A stretch of 64,000 nucleotides of DNA from the NCBI RefSeq assembly GCF_035594765.1, contig NC_085846.1, positions 955,513 to 1,019,512 on the forward strand. Direction: 5' to 3'. Both the position numbers and the translations under genes were made by a program. Position 1 is the first letter of the stretch; every line of letters begins with the position of its first letter. A model generated the notes under the pieces. That model had not been told where the DNA came from. It made no database searches and saw only the letters and a list, made by a program, of their open reading frames with translations. Source of the stretch: Anolis carolinensis (Eukaryota). Below, piece after piece: positions 46,197-58,859 of the stretch.

Positions 46197-48366
46197 AGAG
46201 AATACTTCTAGAACATGGCCATACAGCCCGGAAAACATACAACAACCCAGCATTGGGTGGCCCTGCAGCTGCAAAGTCCATCAGGGAGGACTAACCAAGC
46301 TTGCCAATGGCAACATTCACACTTGCTTCCTGGACATCATTCCACAGGGATATATACACACACACTCCACTTGCCTCATTGCCAATGGAACCTTTGAAGA
46401 TGCTCAGACACAGATAATAATAATAATAATATATGGTAATAATATTACAATATAATTAACTATAATATATCAGTAATATATAATTTAACATATATTGCAT
46501 AATAATAAAGTAATACAATATAATAAATCAAGGTAATAATAAAATAATAATAATGGTAACAATCATAATTATAATATAACAATAAAGTGCCAGTTAACAC
46601 CACCCAGGCAAAGGATGACTCCAAGCAATAAGAGCCAGGCCACCCCACTGAATGACTTTGCAACTTCATGGATTCTCAGTTGCTAACCAAGCTTGCTCAT
46701 TGCCACATTCACACTCGCTTCAAACTCACAAGGGTTCTTTCTCCCTCCTTCCCTCCCTGGGCATTATTCCACAGGGATATATAGGCTATGCACCCCAGTT
46801 GCCTCATTTCCAACAGAACCTCTGAAGATGTTCAGACGCAGAAATAATAATAATAACAATATTATAATATAATTAAATATAATATATCAATATATAACAG
46901 AATAGAATAAATTATAGCAATAATAAAAGAATAATAGTAATAACCATCATTATAATATAATGGCATCCTGATAGGATCTGATGTGAGTGGGATAGTGTGC
47001 AGGGTGGGAGGAAGAACCCTCGTCTGTCTGAAGTGAGTGCAAATGCTGCAATTAGCCAGACTGAATGGCATTGAGTAGCCCCGAAGGGAGGGAGGGAGGG
47101 AGGACGGAAGGGAGGCAGACATGCATAGAGCGCGAGGAACCCTTGGGAGGCAGCGCCCCTTGTGGCCGGACGGAGGAATGACTGGCTGGCGCAAAAGCAA
47201 GGCCTCCCTTATGATGATCTCTTTATTACAAAATTATTGCTTTTTCAAAATAGTTAAGAATAAAACCCCCTCCGTGTACAACAGAGCAAGCTTCATGATT
47301 GCTGCAAAGGGGGGGGGACCTCAATGAGAATCCTGGTCGTACCAATAGGAAGGGGCGGGGGGGGGGGTGTTGAAGGGACACCCCCCCCCCCAGTGAAAAC
47401 CCCCAAAAGCAGCTCTTTGGAAAGAAAGCAGGTTATAGAATTATAAACTGAAAGGGACCCCCAGGGGCCATCCAATCGGACCTTCTTTCTTTCTTCCTTT
47501 CTTCCTGCCAGGTAGGAAGATGCAGTGGAATCTCTCCCGACAGATGTCCATCCAGCCTCTGCTTCATATATTGGCTTTAGAGCTTCCTGTTGTTCTTAAA
47601 AGCAGCATGGCATTGCATTGCAGTGCCTGCAATGCCTGCACTCTTGGCTCTATTTCGGGGAAAGGCCCGTGGGACCCCCGCCTTCCCCAGCTCCATCCCA
47701 GTCCCGCTGGGGTGTTGTTGTGTGGTTTCCGGGCTCCGTGGCCAATGTGCTCTGGCAGCATTTGCTCCTTTTTGTGTTTCGCCTGCACCTGTGGCTACGG
47801 GCACCTTCAGAGGATCTGATGGGAGTCAAGCCAGTGGAAGAGAGAGACCTGTGGAATGATGTCCAGGGTGGGCAGACAAGCGCCAATTATGGTGCAATTA
47901 GCAAGCTAGACCTTTATCTGCTGAGTGGGATCCACCCATTAGCATGTGAGCAGCCATGAAGACTGCAGAGTCAATTAGTGAGGGCGTCTGCACAGAGATT
48001 CTGGACCACTCGGACAACCACTTTGTCAAACTACACAGAGAAGCCATTGGAACCCACAAGAAGCCGGTGGACAACGTCAACAGAAACCAAGAAAACGAAC
48101 ACAGTCTGGCTCCCAGTATCCAGAATGCCTGTGGCGGAGTCTCCCTTGTGCTGGAGAGCCCAGTGGAGGGGATCACTTTGCCTTTGGACCACGGCCAGAC
48201 AGACCGGGAAATTCACAGCCATCCAAAGACTCCAGCCATGAAGCCTTCAACAACACTCAGGAGACAATGCTGCCGAACACCTTGGCCATTCAGCGAGGAA
48301 ACCGCACACCGACACCCCGGTGCTTCGGCCACGATAGTCTTCATTGGGGTGCGAAAGGCAGGGTCA

Positions 48367-51300
48367 CTACGCTGGGGCGGGGCGGGTGGCGTTCCCCTTG
48401 GGGGGGAACTGCTTGGCGTCCAGCAGGTCCTTGTACTGCAGCTCGGGGGTGACCAGGCGGCGGCAGCGCTGGCTCCAGGGGGGCCGGAGGCCGGGGCGCA
48501 GGGCGTACCCCAGGATGGGGGCCTGGCCGAACTGGAAGGGCCGCACGGCCTGGTCGGGGATGTGGGTGGGCTCCAGGGGGCCCCCTCCCCGCAGGCAGCG
48601 CCCCTCCCGCTCCGCCCGCAGCGCCCGCAGCCGCCCCACCGCCTCCGCCAGGCGCCCCCGCCCGAAGCGCTCCGCCCGCTCCCAGAAGGAGGCGTTGAAG
48701 TGGACGTACAGCTGCCAGTCCAGGTGGTTCCAGGCCCGGAGGCGGGCCGCGTCCAGGGGGCTCAGGGCGGGGGCCCGGGCCCGCGGGCTGCGCAGGTTGT
48801 GCCGGAAGGCCACCACGTCCTCCAGGGCCCAGCACAGCGCCTCCGCCAGCAGCACCAGAGACTCGTCCATGTGCTCCGTCAGCAGCACCAGGTCGAAGGT
48901 GCGGTCCAGGCCGGCCAGAGCCTCCCGGACGGGGCCCGGGCCGGGGGCCGAGGGGGGGTCCAGCCCGAAGTCGAACCACAGCAGGTTGCGGGCGTAGTGG
49001 TTGCCGCGCTCGCCCGGGCGGAAGAAGCGCTGCGGGGCGGCCAGGAAGGCGGGCAGGGAGGGCGCGCGGCGGAAGGCGGAGGCCACCCCGCGGAAGTAGG
49101 AGAAGGCCGACTCCGCCAGCGAGACCGGGTCCCGCACCACCGAGAAGTAGAAGCTGTCCCCAGGGACCACCTTCCGCACCTGCAAGGAGAACCCGAGGCA
49201 GCACTCAGGCACACCTGCGCGACTGACACACGGCCCCCGGCCCTTCGGAAGAAGAACCAAACCATCAGAGGGAGGCAAGGACAGACCAGGCCTGGGCACA
49301 CTTCGGCCCTCCCTCCCGGTGTTTTGGACCCCAACCTGTAGGCTGTTAGGAATTGTGGGAGTCCAAAACACCTGGAGGATCAAAGTTGGCACAGGCCTGA
49401 GCTAGACAGACGAATGGATGGATAAAAAGGTGGATGGATGGACAGATGGATGGATGGGTAGACAGACAGAAAGGTCAATAGATAGACTGATAAGTAGATT
49501 GGATGGATGGATGAGTAGATAGATAAACAGATGGATAGATGGATACATAGATCAATAGACAGATGGACGGACAGATGAATAGGTAGGTAGGTAGATGAAC
49601 AGACAGACAGGCAGAAAGCTCAATAAATACATCAATAGGTAGACTGTATGGATGGATTAGTAGATAGGTCATTGTAGGCTTTCAATGCCCGGGCAATATA
49701 CAGGTTTGCAATGACAATCAGCCCTTTAAAGGCAACCGTGAGATGAGGCTGATGTGGGCCTCGGTGAAGGGTCATGCTGAGGGAAAGCGAGGGCTCTCTT
49801 GCAAAGAAGGACCTTTGACTCCTTGCTTTGGGAGGGGGGCTGTGTGCTGTTGGCTCCCCTGGAAGCCCCCCCCCACTCTCTTTTCATGCTCTCTGCACAT
49901 GCTCAGATGCGACATTTGCACCCATGCACATGCTCTCTGCACATGCTCAGATGCACCATTTGCACTCATGCCCATGCTCTCTGCACATGCTCAGATGCAC
50001 CATTTGCACCCATGCCCATGCTCTCTGCACATGCTCAGATGCGCCATTTGCACTCATGCCCATGCTCTCTGCACATGCTCAGATGCGCCATTTGCACCCA
50101 TGCCCATGCTCTCTGCACATGCTCAGATGCACCATTTGCACCCATGCCCATGCTCTCTGCACATGCTCAGATGCACCATTTGCACGCATGCCCATGCTCT
50201 CTGCACATGCTCAGATGCGACATTTGCACCCATGCACATGCTCTCTGCACATGCTCAGATGCACCATTTGCACTCATGCACATGCTCTCTGCACATGCTC
50301 AGATGCACCATTTGCACCCATGCCCATGCTCTCTGCACATGCTCAGATGCGCCATTTGCACTCATGCCCATGCTCTCTGCACATGCTCAGATGCGCCATT
50401 TGCACCCATGCCCATGCTCTCTGCACATGCTCAGATGCACCATTTGCACCCATGCCCATGCTCTCTGCACATGCTCAGATGCACCATTTGCACGCATGCC
50501 CATGCTCTCTGCACATGCTCAGATGCGACATTTGCACCCGTGCCCATGCTCTCTGCACATGCTCAGATGCGCCATTTGCACCCATGCCCATGCTCTCTGC
50601 ACATGCTCAGATGCACCATTTGCACGCATGCCCATGCTCTCTGCACATGCTCAGATGCGACATTTGCACCCGTGCCCATGCTCTCTGCACATGCTCAGAT
50701 GCGCCATTTGCACCCGTGCCCATGCTCTCTGCACATGCTCAGATGCACCATTTGCACCCATGCCCATGCTCTATGCACATGCTCAGATGCACCATTTGCA
50801 CACATGCCCATGCTCTCTGCACATGCTCAGATGCACCATTTGCACCCATGCCCATGCTCTCTGCACATGCTCAGATGCACCATTTGCATCCATGCCCATG
50901 CTCTCTGCACATGCTCAGATGCACTCATGCCCATGCTCTGTGCATGCTTGGGTGCACCGTTTGCACCCATGCCATTCTACTGGGGACCTCCAGCTCTGCG
51001 CATGCCCAGACGCATTGTTTGCACCCATGCTATTCTACTGGGAACCTTCGCCAGAGGGGAAACCTATGCTCCCTGCATATGCGCAAGTGCACCATCTGCA
51101 CCCATGCCACCCTACTGGCACACATTCCAACCCTCCTGCCCCCAAGCCCCCCCCCCCCCCCGCACATCCCTTGGGCCACTGACCTCGGGCAGGTTGAAGC
51201 GCATGTGGTGGCAGAGCAGGTCAAAGGGGCGGCCGCGGGGGTGCCAGCCCTTGACCCTCCGCGCCTGGAAGAGGCTGGGGTAGCTGAACTGGTAGCGGGC

Positions 51301-51868
51301 GGGCAGGGCGAAGCGCAGGCCACGCAGGTCCCCAAAGCGGTGCAGGATGTTGACCACGGTGCTGCTGCCCGTCTTGTGCGTCTTCAGGAAGACCACGTGC
51401 TGCCGCGGCCGGCAGGTGGGGCTGGGGGAGGGGGGCAGGGGCTGCAGGAGGGGCTCCCTGTGGGAGGAGGAGGAGGTCATTGACACGTGTGCATGCCGTC
51501 CCATACGCGTGGCCCCCTCCCCTCCCCTCCCTCTTGCCCTGCTCTGCCCTTGGCTTAGGCCAGGCAGGGACCAACTTCGGCCCTCCCTCCAGGTGTTTTG
51601 GACTCCAACTCCCACAATTCCTAGCAGATGGTATATTATTATTATTATTATTTAATGTTATTATGTTTTACTGTTACATTATTTTTATAATTATATTATT
51701 ATTATTATACAGAGATAGGTACGTAGATACATAATAGACATAGATTGTACATAGATAAATAAATAGATAGATACATATATGCAGAGATAGATCGATACAT
51801 ACATGCATACATACCTAGGTAGGTAGATACATAGTTAGATACATACAAATATACATACAGAGATATGA

Positions 51869-51929
<61 letters not shown>

Positions 51930-52293
51930 TGGGCCAGCTCTATCTGCCTAGAAGATCAGGGGGCAGAGGACTCTTACAAGTAAAACAAGCAGTCAAAGAA
52001 GAAGAACATGCCCTGGCAGAATATGTCAAGCAAAGTGAAGAATTTCTTGGATTGAAGTCAAAAACCAGAAACTCCTCAAAGCACAGCAGACAAAAAACCA
52101 GTACAAGAAAACCACACTACAAACTAGAGCTGACAGCTGGGACAACAAAACATTGTATGGAAAGTTCCTTGACAAAATTGAAGGAAAAGCTGATAAGGAG
52201 AAGACCTGGCTCTGGCTCACGAATGGGACCCTGAAGAAGGAGACAGAAGGCCTGATCCTTGCAGCCCAGGAGCAAGACCTCAGGACAAAGGCA

Positions 52294-52330
<37 letters not shown>

Positions 52331-52424
52331 GAAGACCTGGCTCTGGCTCACGAATGGGACCCTGAAGAAGGAGACAGAAGGCCTGATCCTTGCAGCCCAG
52401 GAGCAAGACCTCAGGACAAAGGCA

Positions 52425-52458
<34 letters not shown>

Positions 52459-52552
52459 GAAGACCTGGCTCTGGCTCACGAATGGGACCCTGAAGAAGGA
52501 GACAGAAGGCCTGATCCTTGCAGCCCAGGAGCAAGACCTCAGGACAAAGGCA

Positions 52553-52616
<64 letters not shown>

Positions 52617-52710
52617 GAAGACCTGGCTCTGGCTCACGAATGGGACCCTGAAGAAGGAGACAGAAGGCCTGATCCTTGCAGCCCAAGAGCAAGACATCAG
52701 AACAAAGGCA

Positions 52711-52744
<34 letters not shown>

Positions 52745-52838
52745 GAAGACCTGGCTCTGGCTCACGAATGGGACCCTGAAGAAGGAGACAGAAGGCCTGA
52801 TCCTTGCAGCCCAGGAGCAAGACATCAGGACAAAGGCA

Positions 52839-52884
<46 letters not shown>

Positions 52885-52978
52885 GAAGACCTGGCTCTGG
52901 CTCACGAATGGGACCCTGAAGAAGGAGACAGAAGGCCTGATCCTTGCAGCCCAAGAGCAAGACATCAGAACAAAGGCA

Positions 52979-53012
<34 letters not shown>

Positions 53013-53106
53013 GAAGACCTGGCTCTGGCTCACGAATGGGACCCTGAAGAAGGAGACAGAAGGCCTGATCCTTGCAGCCCAGGAGCAAGACCTCAGGACA
53101 AAGGCA

Positions 53107-53155
<49 letters not shown>

Positions 53156-53253
53156 GAAGACCTGGCTCTGGCTCACGAATGGGACCCTGAAGAAGGAAGG
53201 AGACAGAAGGCCTGATCCTTGCAGCCCAGGAGCAAGCCATCAGGACAAAGGCA

Positions 53254-53302
<49 letters not shown>

Positions 53303-54090
53303 GAAGACCTGGCTCTGGCTCATGAATGGGACCCTGAAGAAGGAGGCAGAAGGCCTGATCCTTGCAGCCCAGGAGCAAGACATCAGGACAAAGGCAATTA
53401 AGGCCAAGATCCAAAAATCAGCTGATGACCCAAAATGCAGACTGTGCAAGGAAACCGATGAAACCATTGATCATATCCTCAGCTGCTGTAAGAAAACTGC
53501 ACAGACTGACTACAAACAGAGGCACAACTATGTGGCCCAAATGATTCATTGGAACTTATGCCTCAAGTACCACCTCCCAGCAGCAAAGAACTGGTGGGAT
53601 CACAAACCTGCAAAAGTCTTGGAAAATGAGCACGCAAAGATACTGTGGGACTTCCGGATCCAGACTGACAAAGTTCTGGAACACCACACACCAGACATCA
53701 CAGTTGTGGAAAAGAAAAAGGTTTGGATCATTGATGTTGCCATCCCAGGTGACAGTCACATTGACGAAAAACAACAGGAAAAATTCAGCCGCTCTCAGGA
53801 CCTCAAGATTGAACTTCAAAGACTCTGGCAGAAACCAGTGCAGGTGGTCCCGGTGGTGATGGGCACACTGGGTGCTGTGCCAAAAGATCTCAGCCACTGG
53901 CATTTGGAAACAATAGACATTGACAAAATCACGATTTGCCAGCTGCAAAAGGCCACCCTGCTGGGATCTGCGCGCATCATCCGAAAATACATCACACAGT
54001 CCAAGACACTTGGGAAGTGTTCGACTTGTGATTTTGTGATAGGAAATCCAGCATTTCTATCTTGTTTGCTGTGTCATACAATAAAATTAA

Positions 54091-54133
<43 letters not shown>

Positions 54134-54354
54134 GGTTGTTAGGAATTGTGGGATTTGGAGTCCGAAACACCTGGAGGAGGGCCCCCGCTGGCCCGTGCCC
54201 GGGAGCAAAGGGAGCAAGGGGAGCGTCACCTCTTCTGGAAGGAGACCCCCAAGAGCTGCAGGGCGAAGCCGATGGTCATGGAGGCGGCCAGGGCGGCCCA
54301 CAGCACTTGCGGGTGGCGGCAGCAGCAGCAGCAGACGCCCAGAAGGGCCTTCAT
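48367..54354 (-). CDS. GAL3ST4: Galactose-3-O-sulfotransferase 4, 403 aa; exons 54354-54230, 51457-51184, 49179-48367
   Basis: Type II TM anchor MTIGFALQLLG, 5'-PSB FLKTHKTGSST, 3'-PB FSVVRDP..LAESAFSY, ARNLLWFDFG and TPELQYKD. Phases are consistent; candidate AATAAA (minus) at 47222-47227. Confidence 0.95.
49885..50938. repeat. 44-bp minisatellite, ~24 copies, last GAL3ST4 intron
   Basis: Unit CATGCTCTCTGCACATGCTCAGATGCACCATTTGCACCCATGCC. Confidence 0.95.
51928..54090 (+). mobile_element. Dong/R4-clade non-LTR retroelement, 5'-truncated, in (AAT)n
   Basis: CRLC....ETIDHILSCC knuckle, RHN, PDITVV...IIDVAIPGD restriction-like endonuclease; flanked by (AAT)n on both sides. Confidence 0.88.
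52199..53396 (+). repeat. Composite array: 9 copies of a ~95-bp Dong segment separated by 8 variable (AAT)n tracts
   Basis: AGAAGACCTGG starts at ~52199, 52330, 52458, 52616, 52744, 52884, 53012, 53155 and 53302. Confidence 0.93.
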
Positions 54355-54369
54355 CCTGTCAAGGGGAAG

Positions 54370-54400
<31 letters not shown>

Positions 54401-55326
54401 CATTTATTTTATTTAAGGCAACACCTAAGGCAAACATTCAATGCCATAACATAGGACAGAGACAGACGCAGGCACGGGCTGGCCTCGAATTCATGACCTT
54501 TTGGTCAGAGTGATTTGTTGCAGCTGGCTGCTAACCAGCCTGCACCACAGCCCCGCATTGTCAGCAGGACCCCCAACACCGGGGCACACGGCCCTGGCAG
54601 ATCCCACGGGTGTGGGTGCATGCCCTGCTCTTCCAGAATTGGACACCGTGCTCCAGGCGAGGTCTGTTTTGTCCAGACCTCTTTACCTGGAATCACACTG
54701 CGTCCAGATCAAGAGAGAGATGGACTCTAAGCTGGAAAGAGTCCAGAGCAAGAAGGCGGCTCCATTAACCAAAGGTCTGGAGACCGTGAATCCTCCTTCT
54801 GAGGAGCGTCTTCAAGAGCTGGGTCTGAGAGAAGGAGACATGAGAGGAGCCATGGACACATCGGTGAAACGGTGTCACAAGGAAGAGGGAGCAGGCCTGT
54901 TTTCATTGGACTCAGTGGAGCCCTGAGTTCGAATGACAGGAAAGGAAATTCCGCCTGAACATGAGGAAGGACTTCCTGACAGTGAGAAGAGCCGTCCAGC
55001 AGTGGAACCCTCTGCCTCTGAGTCCATTGTAAGCTCCTTCCTTGGAAGCTTTTAAACAGAGGCTGGGTGGCCATCTGTCAGTGAGGGGGGGGGGGGGTTT
55101 GATGGTGCTTTTCCTGCACGAAGGCAGAAAGGGGGTGGAATAGATGACCTTTAGAGGCTCCTTCCAACTATATAGAAGCTTTCAATGGGTGAAAAACTCG
55201 GGGCTATATCTGTTTTTATTGTTGTTTTTATTATTTTTATTGTTATTTTAAAGCTAAGTGTATTGTTTTAATCTCTTTCTGTAAACCGCTCCGAGCCAAA
55301 CTGGGAATAGCGGTATACAAGTCTAA

Positions 55327-55361
<35 letters not shown>

Positions 55362-57528
55362 AATCATTATCATTGTTGTTGTTATTATTGTTATTGAGGC
55401 TGGATGGGCACCTGTCCGGGGGGTGGTGGCTTTGATGGTGCTTTTCCTGCACGAAGGCAGAAGGGGGTTGGACTAGATGGCCTTTGGGGGTCCCTTCATC
55501 TATGATTCCTGCCTTCCTGGCTCCTTCTGGCCCAGTCCCTGGGGCACAGCAGGACTCAGCCTCATTGGGGACGGAGGAGGGACCAAGCGCAGCTCTTGCC
55601 CGACTCTCCTCTGCAGATCCCATGTCCTTCTTTTCCTCCAACGAGGAGGCCGGGAGCCTGCGGTGGGAAAGGCAGCCACAGCCACGCAGGCAAGGCCTTG
55701 ATTACAGGTCTGGGGAGCTGAGTGGACGAAATAAAACCTCCAGAGGAAAGAGGTGGAAAACAAGGGAGGGGCTGCAGGGGAGTTTCCTCCTCCCCTTGGC
55801 TGCTGCATAGAGTTGGAAGAGACCCCCAAAGGCCATCCAGCCCAACCCCCTTCTGCCTTCATGCAGGAAAAGCCCCATCAAAGCACCCCCCCCCCCCCAA
55901 CAGTAAGTAAGTAAGTAAGTAAAAGTTTATTTGTATCCCGCCCTCTCTCCCGAAAGGGACTCAGGGCGGTTTCCAATATAAAATCAGCATAAAACACTGT
56001 ACAATAAAACACTGAAAACACTATAAAACGCTATAAGAATTAAAAACAAAACATAACAATTGACTAAAACAATCACATAAGCAGAAGGAATATAATCACT
56101 CAAATAACATATGAATCTGCAAAGAAAAAAGAAAAAAGACCACTGGGATGGTGGAGAGGATGGCCTGGAGGGGCCACTAGAACTAAAATGCAATGTGATA
56201 TTCTCAGATGCTTTGGGGCAGAGGAATATAGTGCAGTGTTTCAAGTCAAAGAGATGGAGCAACTGGAGTTGTTTCTGGAGGGAGAGAATTGGCCGTCTGC
56301 AAGGACGTTGCCCAGGGGACGCCCGGATGTTTTTGATGTTTTTACCATCCTTGTGGGAGGCTTCTCTCATGTCCCCAAATGGAGCTGGAGCTGATAGAGG
56401 GAGCTCATCCACACTCTCCCCGGGTGGGATTCGAACCTGGCAGCTTTCAGGTCAGCAATCCAACCTTCAAGTCACTTAGTCCACTACGCCATCTGGGGGA
56501 AGCCAGGGTGGGTACTTGGAAGCCAGGAAGCCAGGTTTGGTGCCCACCCAAAATCATAGAATCATAGAATAGTAGAGTTGGAAGAGACCTCATGGGCCAT
56601 CCAGTCCAACCCCCCGCTAAGAAGCAGGAAATCACATTCAAAGCACCCCCGACAGATGGCCATATGGCCACCCAGCCTCTGTTTCAAAGCTTCCAAGGAA
56701 GGAGCTTCCAATTGGCCTCTGAGGCAGAGAGTTCCCCTGCTGAACAGCTCTCCTCACAGTCAGGAAGTCCTTCCTAATGTTCAGTGGAATCTCCTCTCCT
56801 GTCCTTGCACGCATTCCTCCGCTGAGTCCCAGTCTGCGGGACAGAAGGAAGCAAGGCCTGCTCCCCCTTCCTTAGGACATCCTTTCACACATTCAATCAT
56901 AACAACCTCTGTGGACTGCAATGTCCAGGTAAAGGTAAAGGTTTCCCATGACAGTAAGTCCAGTCATGTCTGACTCTGGGGGTTGGTGCTCATCTCCATC
57001 TCTAAGCCGAAGAGCCGGTGTTGTCCGTAGACACCTCCAAGGTCACGTGGCCACTGGCATGACGGCATGGAGCACCGTTACCTTCCCGCCGGAGCAGTAC
57101 CTATTGATCTACTCACATTGGCATGTTTTCGAACTGCTAGGTTGGCAGAAGCTGGAGCTAACAGCGGGTGCTCACTCCACTCCCGGGATTTGAACCTGGG
57201 ACCTTTCGGTCTGCAAGTTCCGCAGCTCAATGCTTTAACACACTTCGCCACCGGGGCTCCAATGTCCAGTTACGTAATGTTTATTACAAAATCAACAGTC
57301 ATAGAGTTGGAAGGGACAATCCACCTCCCCTTGGCCTTCATGCAGGGAAAGCACAATCCAAGCCCTCCCAACAGATGGCCATCCATCCTCATAGGCATTA
57401 GCAGGTTCATGGGGAAGTAGGGCTATGGAAGGGATCCCAAAGGCCATCCAGTCCAGCCCACTTCTTCCAGATGGGAAAAGCACAAACAAAGCCCTCACGA
57501 CAGAAGGCCATCCAGCCTCTGCTTAATC

Positions 57529-57573
<45 letters not shown>

Positions 57574-58727
57574 CCTAGAGTTGGAAGAGACCCCCAAAGG
57601 CTATCCAGTCCAACCCCATCTGCCATAAGGCACAATCCAAACCTTCCTGACAGGTGGCCATCCACTCCATCCTCTGTTTAAAAGGCAAAAAACTTGGAAC
57701 CTCTCCTGTTCTCCAAGAATTCTCAGAGATGATTGCCAGTGGTTCTGAAATGACTTCTGCTGGTTCCTTCAATACTCTCGGGTGTAGTTCACCTGACCCT
57801 GGAGACTTGAATCCATTTAGAGCAGCCAGGTCTTCCTGGGCGGCTCCTGTACCTATTTTGGGCTGCATTTCCCCTCTAGCCTCGTCTGCTCCGTATTGTT
57901 CATCTTGAACCTTGATCTCCCTTTGGGAGAAAGAAGACTGAGGCTCAAGAAGGGGTTGAGCAGCTGGGCCTTTTCCCTGTCTGTGCCCTGCCAGCATCCC
58001 ACCATCCTCTCCATGCAGAGGTTATACCAGGCATGGGCAAACTGGTGTTCCTTCCAGGTGTTTTGGACTTCAACTCCCACCATTCCTGGCCTCGGGCCCC
58101 TTCCTTTTCCCCCTCAGCCGCTTAAGCGGAAAAGGAAAGGGAAAAGGAAAGGGAAAAGGAAAGGGCCCGAGGCCAAGAATGGTGGGAGTTGAAGTCCAAA
58201 ACACCTGGAGGGATGGTCAAAGTTTGCTCGTACCTGTGTTATATCATTTCTTTATTCTTCCTACTTCTATTGACATAACCAAAGAACACCTTTTTTATTG
58301 CTTTTAATTTCTCTGGCAAGCTTGAGCTCATTTTATGTCTTTGCCTTTCTGACGTATTTCCTATACACGTTGGTTATTTGTTCAAATTCCTCTTCCATTT
58401 CCTCTCTGAGGTCTCTTCCAACTCTATGAGTCTATGATTCTATACATCTGAGCTCAGCTAAAAGTTCTTTGGGCGTCTGTCCTGGGTTTTTTTTAGATCC
58501 CACCCAGTTCTTCACGGAGGAGACCTCCCACAACTCCTTGTTCCTTTGATTCTTGTTCCCAAGTGCTCTCGGCCTGGTTTCTGGGACTGAAATCCTGCAT
58601 CTCTTCACAGGTGGAAACATCCTTGACGTGGGGTTGCTGTGTGGTTTCCAAGATGCATGGCTATGTTTCTGCAGCATTCTCTCCTGACATTTTGCCCGCA
58701 TCTGCGGCTAATGGCATCTTCAGAGGT

Positions 58728-58859
58728 NNNNNNNNNNNNNNNNNNNNNNNNNNNNNNNNNNNNNNNNNNNNNNNNNNNNNNNNNNNNNNNNNNNNNNNNN
58801 NNNNNNNNNNNNNNNNNNNNNNNNNNNNNNNNNNNNNNNNNNNNNNNNNNNNNNNNNNN
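58728..58859. other. Assembly gap (N run)
   Basis: Run of N. Confidence 1.

Noticed and set aside
47956-49341. 461-aa plus-strand ORF
   Set aside because: Penelope remnant fused to the antisense shadow of the GC-rich GAL3ST4 exon.
49743-51483. Long Cys/His-rich ORFs (479-551 aa) resembling metallothionein or zinc fingers
   Set aside because: A stop-free 44-bp minisatellite is open in all three frames, antisense in a GAL3ST4 intron.
52199-53396. CRISPR array
   Set aside because: Eukaryotic DNA; the repeats are 95-bp LINE coding sequence, the spacers are (AAT)n, and there are no cas genes.
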